Part shown: piece after piece, positions 38,291 to 49,858 of the stretch
Layout: every line of letters begins with the position of its first letter
Numbering within the stretch: position 1 is the stretch's first letter
From: Gracilinanus agilis
Taxonomy: Eukaryota
Reading direction: 5' to 3'
Assembly (NCBI RefSeq): GCF_016433145.1
Contig: NC_058131.1
Location: forward strand, 159,879,514-159,943,513
DNA length: 64,000 bases
The notes under the pieces: model-generated
What the model was told of the DNA's origin: nothing
What the model saw: only the letters and a program-made list of their open reading frames with translations
The model's database searches: none
Translations under genes and position numbers: made by a program

Positions 38291-39919
38291 ATTTTTTTAA
38301 ATGGTTGGTGGAGGCAGCTGGGTGGCTTAGGGATTGAGAGTCAGGCATAGAGATGAGAGGTTCAAATCTGACCTCAGATACTTCCTACCTATATGATCCT
38401 GGGTAAGCCATTTAACTCCCATTGCCTAGCACTTACTGCTCTTCTGCCTTGGAACTGATACACAGTTTGGATTCTAAGGAGAACTCTAAGACATAAGGGT
38501 TCTAAAAAAAGATTGTTTAATTTTTTTTACATGTAAGTGGGAAATATCTCATGAGATAAATTTTAAAATTATTTTTTTAAAGTACCTTAGCAAAACCAAA
38601 ACATCATAACAACAGTATCTGACAACACGGGCACAATATACGCATAGTTTTCCACCTCTGCAAATAAAGCAGGGAGTCACATTTCTCTCAGCTCTTTCCT
38701 GGGGCCAATTTTGGTCATCATAATTACACAATGCTCAGTTTGGTGTGTTTTTTTAATCTTTCCATTTACACTGTTCTAGTCAATAGACATTGTTTTCTTG
38801 TTTTCTCTACTTACTTCACTCTGCAACAATTAATATACCTGGGACTAGAGAAAATGGCAGCCTATTTCTGGAATAATATGAACAGTGAACAGAATGCAGC
38901 TGCAACCCCCCCCCCCAAAAAAGATGTAATTTGCTATGACTGTAGACTAAGTAGGGACATAACTTGCTGGGTGCCCCCAAGAAAGGAATTCAGAGCTGGT
39001 TCGCCAGAGCCTGAAATTCAGCAGATAACCCACAGAAATAACCTTGTTCTATTCTGTCACTTCCAACATAACTGGTGGCACCTCAAACCTCAGAAACAAG
39101 GAAAATTAAAAATCCAGAATGTTCTGCAGTGCTGGACAGTGGAACGCAAGTAACAACTATATTCTACTCATTTTATGATCAACAGCATCAGTCTCTAGAG
39201 CCTATGCAGGAGCCTTTGTTTTTAATATTTTATTTTTTTCCCAATCACATGTAAAAACAATTTTAACATGTTTTTATAAATATTGAATTCCAAATTCTCT
39301 TCCTCCTTCCTTCTTTCCCCTCCTCACTTTCTGAGATGGCAAGCAATTTGATATAGGTCATAAATGTACAATCATGCAAAATATATTTTCATATTAATTA
39401 TGTTGTGAAAGAAAACACAGATCAAAAGAACACAGACACACATACACACACACAAGTTAAAAATAGTATATTTTCTTCTACATTTGGATTCCAGTTCTTT
39501 CTCTAGAAATGGATGGCACTTTTCATCATGAGTCCTTCAGAACTGTCTTAGATTATTATAATTCTGAGAATGGCCAAATTGCTGCTTCTGTGTACTCCTG
39601 GTTCTGCTCACTTCACTTTGCATCTGTGGATGTAAGTCTTTCTAGGTTTTTCTGAAAGCATCCTGCTTATCATTTCTTTTAGGTGCTTAATTTTGGGTGA
39701 TAGGTGAGAGTATAGTCTCATGTGGTAGATGGTGAGATTGACAGATATCTGGGCCAAGAGCCACTGCGCTGAAGACCCAGGTTCAAATTCCACCTCAGAC
39801 ACTATCTAGTTGTAAGACCGTGGTCTGCAGTTGGGGTGGGGTCAGGAAAAATTTTGTGCAAGCGTCAACACTTGAGGAGAACTTTAAAGAAAAGATGTTA
39901 GAGAGGATGGTGCAATTAT

Positions 39920-42900
39920 GCAGTTAAATTACTTAATTTTTATCTCAAAGTTAAAAAAACTAGAAAAAGAACAAATTAAAAATCTCCAATTAAATGCCAA
40001 ATTGAAAATCCTAAAAATTAAAGGTGAGATGAACAAAATTGAATGTAAGAATACTACTGAATTAATAAATAAAACTAAAAGTTGGTTTTATGAAAAAAAA
40101 ACAACAAAATAGATAAACCATTAGTTACTATGATTTTTTTTAAAAAGAGCCGAAAACCAAATCACTAGCATCAAAAATGAAAAGATTATATTTAGCCACT
40201 AATGGAGATGAAATAAAAGCAATGATTAGGAGTTATTTTGTCTAATTGTGTGACAACAAATTTAACAATTCAAGTGAAATGAAAGAATACTTACAAAAAT
40301 ATAAACTGCCTAGACTAACAGAAGAGAAAATAGAATATCTGAATAAACTTATTTTAGAAAAAGAAATTAAACAGGCCACAAATGAACTTACTAAGAAAAA
40401 AGCATTAGGACCAGATGGATTTACAAGTAAATCCTAACAAACATTTAAAGACCATCTAATTCCAATATTAATTATTTAGAACAATTGATAAAAGATTCCT
40501 GCCAAATTCCTTTTATGAAACAAATATAGCACCAACAACTAATCCAAGAAAAGCAAAAATAGAGAAAGAAAATTATAGGCCAATTAAATTAATGAATATA
40601 GATGGAAAAATCCTAAGTAAAATATTAGCCAGGGGACTACAGCAATATTTCACATAGATTATAAACACTATGACCAAAAAGGACTTATATCAGGTCTGCA
40701 AGGATAATACAAGGAAAACTATTAACATAAGATCACATCAATGACAAAAGTAACAAATCATATAATTACATATATTTTCAGGAAAAGCTTTTGAAAAAAT
40801 ATAACCCTCATTCCTATTAACACTTGAAAGTATAGGTATAAGTGGATTTTTCCTTGAAATGATAAGGATAAGTCTAAAGGCACCAGTAAACCTTATCCGT
40901 AACAGGGATGGAAGCCTTTCCCATAAGATCAAGAGTAAAACAAAGATGCCCATTGTCACCTATATTATTTAATATTGTATTAGAAATGCTAAAAATAGGA
41001 GACAGCTGGGTGGCTCAGTGGATTGAGAGCCAGACCTAGAGATGGGAGATCCTGGGTTTGAATATGACCTTGGACATTTCCTAGCTGTGTGACCCTGGGC
41101 ACATCACTTAACCCTCATTGCCTAGCTCTTACTACTCTTCTGCCTTACCTCTTCTGCACTATTGATTCTAAGAGAGAAGGTAAACGTTTTAAAGGGGAAA
41201 AAAATAAATGCTAGCAATAGCAATAAGAGTAGAAAAAGAAATCAAAATAATCAGAATAGGCAAAGAGATAATAAAATATCTCTTTTCACAGATGAAATGA
41301 TATTATATATGGAAAATCCCAAAGAATCAGGTAAAAAACTTAGTAGAAACTATCAATAATTTTAGCAAAGTAGCAGGCTGTAAAATAAACCCACATGAAT
41401 CATCAGCATTTTTATAATTCACCGATAATCCTGCAAGAAGAGATAGTTAAAAATAACCCATTTAAAATATCCATAGATAGGGGAAGCTAGGTGACTCAGT
41501 GGATAGAGAGCCAATCCTGGAGATGAGAGGTCCTGGGTTTAAATCTGGCCTCAGACCCTTCTTATCTGTGTGACCCTGGACAAGTCACTTAACCCTCCAT
41601 TGCCTAGTCCTTATCTTTCTTCTGCTTTAGAACAAAAACATAAAATTGATTCTAAGACAGAAGGTAAGGGTTTTAAAAAAAACCAAACCACAGTTAGAAT
41701 AAAATGCCTAGGAATATGCCTGCCAAAACAGACCCAAGAACCACTTGAACATAATTATAAAACAATTTTATGCAAAAAGAGTTAGATTTAAGTAATTGGA
41801 AGAATATTAATTGTTCATGGGTGGAAAGAGCCAATATGATTAAAATGACAATCCCATCTACACTAATCTATTAATTCAATGCCATCTCAATTAAGTTACT
41901 GAAAAAAATCATTTTATTGAGCTAGAAGAAATAATTACAATATTATTCATCTGGAAGGAAAAAAAGGTCAAGAATATCAAAGGAATTAATGAAAAAAATG
42001 TAAAGGAAGGAGGTCCTGCAGTACCAGTTTAAGAACTATATTATAAAGCAGCAATTATCAGAATTACCTGGTACTGGCTAAGTAATAGAAAAGCTGATTG
42101 GTGGAAGAGAACAGACATTCAACAAAAAGTAGAAAAAGATTATAGTAACCTTGTGTTTGACAAAAATGAAAATCAAAGCTTTGGGGATAAGAATTCACTT
42201 TTTGGTAAAAATTATTGGGAAAACTGGAAAATGGTCTGGCAAAAACAAGATATAGACCAATATCTTACACCATTTACTAAGATAAGAGCAAAATGTATAT
42301 ATGACCTAAGTGTAAAAAGAAATATCATAAGCAAATGAGAAGAATGAGGCACATGTTACCTATGAGATTTATGTATAGGAGAAGAATTTATGAATAAACA
42401 AAAGATAGAAAGCATTGTGAGTCATAAAATGGATAATTCTGAATATATTAAATGTTTTAAAAATTGTACAAATAAAACTAATGTAGCCAAAGAGGAAGGA
42501 CTGCAGGAGAGGAAACATATAAGAAAAACAACTGCTTGAACGCATGGGTCGGGGTGGACATGATTGAGGGTGTGGACTCGAAACTACCACACCAATGCAA
42601 CTACCAACAATTTGGAAATTGGTCTTGATCAAGGACACATGACAAAACTAGTGGAAATGCGCATCGGCCATGGGTGGGGGGAGTGCGGGNNNNNNNNNNN
42701 NNNNNNNNNNNNNNNNNNNNNNNNNNNNNNNNNNNNNNNNNNNNNNNNNNNNNNNNNNNNNNNNNNNNNNNNNNNNNNNNNNNNNNNNGGGGGGGGGGGG
42801 TTTGAAGGGGAAAGGAGGAGCATGAATCATGTAACCATGTTAAAAATGAATATTAATAAATGTTAAAAAAAAACTAATGTAGCCAAGATTAGAAGGAAAA

Positions 42901-43990
42901 CAGAAAATTGAGAAATCATTTTTATAGGCAGTTTCTTGGATAGAGATCTCCTATCTAAAATTTATAGAGAATCTCATCAGATTTATAAGACTATGAGCCA
43001 TTCCCCATTTGATAAATGGGCAAACATATAAAGAGACAGTTTTTGGATGAAGAAATCAAAGCTATGTATAGCTATACAAAAAATGCTCTAAATCAATATT
43101 GATTAGAAATATGCAAATTAAAACAATTCTGAGATATCATCCTCACACCTATTAGACTGGCTAAAATGACAAAAGGGCAAAATGACAAATGTTGGAAAGG
43201 ATGTGGAAAAATGGGGATATTAATATACTGTTGGTGGAACTGCGAACTGATATACTATTTTAGAGAGTAATCTGGAATTATGCTTAAAGAGTTATAAATC
43301 TATGTATATGTTTTGATCCAGCAACACCACTATTAGGTTTATTTCCTAAAGTGATCAAGGAAAATGGAAAAGAATTTATATGTTCTAAAATATTTACAGC
43401 AACTCTCTTTGTGGGGACAATGAACTGGAAATTAGGGGGCTGCCCATCAGTTGAGAAATGGCTAAACAAGTTGTGGCTTATGGTTGTGATGGAATACTAT
43501 TTGCACCATAAAAATTGAGGAGCAGGTTAGTTTTTTTAAAAGCCTTAATTTCTGTCTTAAAATCAATACTGTGTATTAATTCCAAGACAGAGGAATGGTA
43601 AGGGTTAGGCAATGGGGATTTAAGTAACTTGCCCAGGGTTACACAGCTAGAAAGTGTCTGAGGTTGGATTCAAACCCAGGACCTCTGGTCTCTAAGCTTG
43701 GCTCTCAAGCCACTGAATCACCTAGTTGCACCTAAGCAGGTTATTTTTTTTTAAATGGAAAGACCTACATGAAATTATGAAGAGTGAAATGAGCAGAACC
43801 AAGAGAACATTATATACAGCAATAAAAATATTATTTGAAAAATAAATTGTATATATACACCTCCAGAGGAAATACTGATAAACAGAAATAAATAAGTCAT
43901 AGCTTTATATATGCATATATTATGTATCTTTTTGTTAAATGATGCCTTCTTTAATAGGGAGAGAGAAGAGAAGGCTGGAGCTACCTGGAG
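39920..43990 (+). mobile_element. L1 ORF2, decayed, nested in the Gypsy relic; contains SINEs (about 40997, 41480, 43540) and a younger L1 end
   Basis: [11 protein letters not shown]; SLFTDEMILYMENPKES near 41280; L1 3' motifs. Confidence 0.9.
42491..42869 (+). mobile_element. Young 5'-truncated L1 3' end with a perfect 17-bp TSD
   Basis: TSD aaaactaatgtagccaa at 42474-42490 and 42870-42886; CpGs retained; aataaa plus A tail. Confidence 0.85.
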
Positions 43991-44534
43991 ATTTTAATGT
44001 TTACAAACAAACAAATACACACAAAAAAAAGATATGGAGGGGGAGTGCCTTACAGTTCTCATGGGGTGAGGGGTGTCTTTGAAGAAGGAGGTCATTTGGA
44101 TTTATTATAGCATAAAATAAAAGATATGGGAGTACATGAGACAAGGCAGAAACTTAGGGGAAAGCTAGAAGGACATTAGCTAGTTATCATAGTGGATAGA
44201 GTACTAGGCTTGGAATCAAGAAGACCCAAATTGAAATCCTATCTTGGACAATTACTAGCTAAGGGAAGGGAATAAGCACATGCAGCCAGGCACTATGAGA
44301 AGTGCTTTACAAATATTACCTAATTTGATTCTCACAACCCTGGAAGGTAAGTACTATTACTATCCTCATTTTACAATTGAGAAAACTGAGTCAGGCAAAA
44401 GTTAATTGACTAGCCCAGGTTAAGGTCTAGGGTTGGATTTGAATACAGATATTCCTGACTCCAGGTCTAGGTGCCACCTAGCTGCCTCTAGGTATAACTC
44501 TGGGCAGTCACACACCTTAAAATACCGTAATAAT

Positions 44535-45480
44535 TAATGTCAGTTATTTGAAACAAATGTCACCAAGATTAGAAAGAAAGCAGAAAATTTGGGAAAATTT
44601 TTCATAGATATAGTTTCTTGGAAAGAAGTCTCATATCTAAATTATATCAAGAACGTTGTCAAATTTATAAGAACAAGAACCATCTCCCAACTGATAAGTG
44701 GGCAAAAGATATGAACTGACAGTTTTTGGATAAAGATATCAAAGCCATGTGTAGGTATATTAAAATGCTCTAAATCGCTACTGAGAAAAGAAATGCAAAC
44801 CAAATAATTCTGAGGTATAATCTCACACCCATCAGATGGGGTAAAATAACAAAAGGGAAAAATGACAAATGTTGAAGGGGATGTGGAAAAATGGGGACAC
44901 TAATACATCATTGGTGGAACTGTGAACTAATCCAACCATTTTGGAGAGCAATTTGGAATTATGCCCAGAAAGTTATAAAACTGTGTATACCCTTAGAAAC
45001 TCAGCAATCTTGTATTGCTGAGTCTTTTTCCCAAGGAGACCAAGGAAAAAGGGCAGGAACTTATATGTTCTAAAATATTTATAGCCATTCTTTTTGTGGT
45101 GGCAAAGAATCAAGGGGATGCCAGTCAAATGGAGAATAGCTATACAAATTGTGGTATAGGATTGTGATAGAATATTACTGTGCTGTAAGAAATGATAAGC
45201 AAACTAACCTTGGAAAAAGTTGGAAAGAACTAAGTGAAGTAATGAAAAGTGAAACAAGTAGAACCAAGAGGACATTATATACAGCTACAGAATCAATATT
45301 TGAAGAATAACTTGTAAATGTTTACCTCCAGAGAATGAACTGAAAAATGAAAACAAGAAAAACATAATCTATGTAGACGTAGCTGTTTGCCAGATGATGC
45401 CTTGGATGTGTGGGAAGGGGAAGAAGGGTCTGAAATACCTGGTAATAAATTCTATTAATAAAAAATTTTAAAGCATCAAA
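44535..45480 (+). mobile_element. L1 3' ORF2/3'UTR fragment
   Basis: Paralogous to 42880-43990 (MGTLIHHWWNCELIQPFWRAIWNY). Confidence 0.85.
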
Positions 45481-48400
45481 AAAAGCTAGCTCTTTGCAGA
45501 CCTTAAAATGCTATATAAATTTTAGCTTTTACTATTTTAAAGGTTTACTTCACCTGGAATTTAGTCCTTCTAGGAACTTAGTAGGCGTGAAAGTAAATAA
45601 TGTTTTGAGCGAACCAAAAACTGAATCGATGGGCTATTTAGGCCTCATGATAGTCATACAGTTCCCCAATAGTTTGTAGATTAAGTGCAGATCATGGAAT
45701 ACAACTGCAGACCCTGCCCTTCCAGATCTCAATCTGTCAGTCAGGAGTCTGCTGGAACCCCTAGGAGGAGGAAACAGAATTCAGACGAATAAACAAGCCT
45801 TCCTTGTTTTCTAGCTCCCATCCTTATGTTCCAGAGGTGACATCGGAAACCTAAATAAGGGTTAATAGGCCAGAACAGTGTGTCCTCAGAGGAGGTGGAC
45901 ACCATGGTCCTGGTAGGTCCAGAGAAGGCAAACAAACATCTCTGGGTTTTTAGCTGATTGGGACCAACTCCAGCCTCTTTAAAGTACTGGCAGAGTCTGC
46001 TGTAAAGGGTTAGCTCTGTCCCAAAACACCCTGACAATTTATGTCTCCTGTGCAGAAGCTCACAGAGAGCTAGATGATAGGGTTGGCAGAGAGCCTCCAG
46101 GAACCTCCAACTCAAGGGTGGATTTGGATACTCTCCAGAGCCTGAGGAAGGGAAGGATTATCTAAGGAAGAAGCTCAGTATAAGAACTGATAAGCTCTCA
46201 TTGCATGAATAAGGTGAGGAGCATGCCCAGGGAAAAATACACATCATCTAACTCAGGAACTTCCAAACTTTCTGGGAGTTGTTAGCCAATAGGAACATGA
46301 CACTGACTGTGCTGTAGTCTGCATTTCTTATTCTCAGTTGTGGGACAGAATAAGCCTGGGAAAATCAGGATATGAATGGACCATCACTCTTTGAATCAGA
46401 AGCAGAACACTATGTCAAGAATTCAAGATGCCTTGGACTGTCTCCTAGGCAACTGGTGGTTTTCAGTTTGGGGCCTGCACAGAAGGTACCATCAGAATTC
46501 TATGGCAGCAGGGGCAGCTGGGTGGCACAGTAGGTAAAGTGCCAGGCCTGGAGTTGGAAGGACCTGAGTTTAAATCTGGCCTCAGACACTTCCTAGCAGA
46601 GCGACCCCATTTACCTAACCCTTGCTCTCTTAGCATTGAATTGTTCCTGGGGCAGAAAATAAGGGTTAAAAAAAAAGAATTCTGTAACAGAGGAAGATAA
46701 GGAAAGATGGTTTTCATCTGTGCAGTTCTACTAATCTGAATGTATGCCCCTAAGAGATTTCTGGAACTTCTGCCGCTTTTCAGTGATATATGGAAAAAGT
46801 CATTGGTGACATGAATTACTTCTTAGAGGTCCTACTGTGCCTGGATAAACTCATCCACCAAATTTGGAAAGATATTGGAAGAGTATAGGAAAAGATTGCC
46901 AATGCTATTCCATGAAGCTGCGTTTGAATCTGCCATTCAAAAAGAATAAGTTCTATGGTGTGTGGGGTCCAATATGAAGTAATGACCCTGAGAAGGTATA
47001 AAGTATTTAAATGATTGTGTTTAACTGATGGCTACCATTGGAAATATATCAGGAACTCTGTATGCCATTATCTCCAAGCCTTTTAATGAGCTCAAGTTTG
47101 GCTGAACAGAAAGGCAAGATAGTGCCCTAAGCACTCTGGGACTGGTTCAAGATTGTTGGGGTAAGAAATATGAGCAGACCTTTAAGGACTTGGTCAACTT
47201 GTATTGGAGCTGCCTTGTGCAGACTTAGCCAAGCCCCTGTGGGACTTGGAAACATTTTTTTTCTATCAAGAAAGCTATGGTCACTACCAGTAGAGGACTC
47301 CCTGGTGTTGACAGTTATTATTCTACCCACAAATTGACATCTGTGGCACCAAGGTAGTCTGTCACTGACAAATTCCAAGAATATGTTTCTCAGTTCTAAG
47401 TATTGTACAATAATCTGCTGGATGATATTTTGACAAGTGCTAAATTGGATGCCACCTGCCTGAGATAGTAGATACAGCCCCTGGCCATTTATCAATTCAA
47501 CATTCATTATCAGTCAGGGAAGACTAACATGGTGTTCTGTCCTGGAATACTACCCATCAGAAACATTGGTGAAGCCTTGGGAGGCTGCAAAGGTAGTCTA
47601 TTATCTGAAGGGAGGAAGGTTGTTAAGACAAGGGGATACAACAGAGCCTGGGACAGCATCCATAGAGCACAGCCAAGCAGTAAGATGCACCAAGCCAGTC
47701 CTCCCTGTGCTGAATATCTTTGGATGATGGGTAGTGAATGTAGATGTAGGATGAACGTCTCCACAAAATGATCTGGACCAAGAAAAAGGAATATGACCCT
47801 TGGAGACTCACACTTAACTCCCCAGAAACCACTTATCTATTGGAGGAATGCAAAAAATAAATCTGAGTGAGGGGCAGCCAGGGAGCTCAGTGGGTGGAGA
47901 ACCAGGCCTGAAGACAAGAGGTCCTAGATGTCCCTTCTGCCACAGAATTCTGATAGTACCTTCTGCGCAGGCCCCAGACTGAAAACCTCTGGTTGCCTAG
48001 GAGACAGCCCAAGGCATCTTGAATTCTTGACATAGTGCTCTGCTTCTGATTCAGAGAGTGATGGTCCATTCATATCCTGATTTTCCCCAGGTTTATTCTG
48101 TCCCACAATAGAGAGTGAGGGATACAGAATAGAGAACAGTCAATAAGTCATATGTTACTGCTGACTAACAGCTCTCAAAAAGTTCAGAAGTTCCTGAGTT
48201 AGATGATGTGTATTTTTCCTTGGGCATGTTCCTCATCTTATTCATGCAGTGAGAGCTTGTTAATTCTTGTACTGGGCTTCTTCCTCGCCACTTCCTAGCT
48301 GTGTGACCCTGGGCGAGTCACTTAACTCCCACTGCCTATCCCTTACCACTCTTCTGCCTTGAAATCAGTACTTAGTATTGACTCTAAGATGGAAGGTAAG

Positions 48401-49654
48401 GGTTCTTAAAAAACACAACAACTCATGTGATGGAGTGTTGAACTGAACTATGACCCATTCTTCATGGAATACAAGAAGACTATAAGATTAAAAATTAATA
48501 TTCAAATACTCCAAGCATATTTTATAAAATGTATTAATAATAACTTGAAGTAAAAAGAAAATAAATAACAAAAGTAAGAGCCTGAGTCAAGCCAACTTTC
48601 CCAGTCATTCATACAGGGGGAAAAAAGAGAGCCAGGGCAGGGTTACACACAACTATATAGAAATAACATAAGCAGGCAACTCGGGAACAAAAGAGGAAAG
48701 GGATGCTGGGAGATATAGTTCAAAGGCACAAAATTTCTATTTATACAAGATGATTGGTACTACCAAAGCATGCCACAATGATGAACTCTTGGGCCTAAGC
48801 AAAATTCTGGAGGTAGGCTTTTACTGGCTAGGTTCTACCAACCCAGGGGATTTCCAGAAGTATGGGCCCTGCATTCAACGTGTTCCCAGAAAGGTGATAA
48901 ACTGACTTAACTGCTTGCCAGAAGGGCATGTGCAGAAGCAGCAAGGCTTTGAAGCTGGTGTTCACAGACTTCTTGCCTCTAGAAAGGGACAGGAAGAACA
49001 TAACCCACATCTTGCTCAAATTGGTGCTAGCCTTGGCATGTTTCAAGAAGGCTAAAACCACATCCTCAAGGAGACCCACAGCCAGATTGTTTTAATTACA
49101 CCCTGATAAACAGGCCAGGGCTCAGAGGCCTAAGCAGAAAGTTCAATGGAGTCAATACACTCAGTGCAGGCACGCCATGCTACCAAGGACATACCATAAG
49201 CTTCGTTCTTCTTTATGTCGAAGCAAGAGCCTCACAGGCCTATCATCCATCTGTCAGTCAGTCAAAAAACTTTCATTAAAGACTTACTATGTGCTAGGCG
49301 TTAAGCTAAGCAGGAGAACATGATTATAGGCAGAAACAAAGATGGTGCCTGCCCTCAAGGAGCTTATACTCTTAATGGGAGAGGACAACAGATACGAGCT
49401 GAAAGGAGAGAGGGAAAGGCACTCAGGCTGGGAGCCCAAAATAGGAAATGTAGAAAGGCACAAGCAGAGATCGGTGTCTGGAAGCCTTAGATATGAACAC
49501 GTGGAACTCCCAACTAGTCCTTCACTCACATAAGAGATTATTTGAAGGGGGCCTCAGCTCAGAAAAGCTTAGTAGAGGACACATGATGCTCTAATGGTCC
49601 ATGGTCAGGTATTCCAGTCATAGAGCAGAGTTCTATTAAGAAGTCTTGATTGGG

Positions 49655-49858
49655 GGGGCAACTGGGTGGCTCAGTGGATTGAGAGTCTGGCCTAGAGACA
49701 GGAGGTCCTGGGTTCAAACCTGGCCTCAGCCACTTCCCAGCTGTGTGACCCTGGGCAAGTCACTTGACCCCCATTGCCCACCCTTACCACTCTTCTGCCT
49801 TGGAGCCAATACATAGTATTGATTCAAAGGCAGCAGCTAAGGGTTAAAAAAAAAAAAA
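49655..49858 (+). mobile_element. Full-length SINE1_Mdo-like SINE with TSD
   Basis: Consensus-like body, poly(A), flanks aagaagtcttgat / aagaagccttgat; similar copies at about 50771(+), 51836(-), 57199(-), 58256(+) and 61703(+). Confidence 0.9.

Noticed and set aside
38731-39153. 140-aa ORF as a novel or domesticated gene
   Set aside because: Starts in an antisense L1 tail and crosses the decayed Gypsy knuckle, with the protease motif in a different frame; no promoter or splice support
45690-47870. Endogenous bornavirus, filovirus or parvovirus element, or a processed pseudogene
   Set aside because: The translated motifs fit Gypsy protease, RT and RNase H instead
48423-48755. Possible small LTR interrupting the Gypsy pol
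   Set aside because: TG...CA-like ends but no matching TSD; left unclassified
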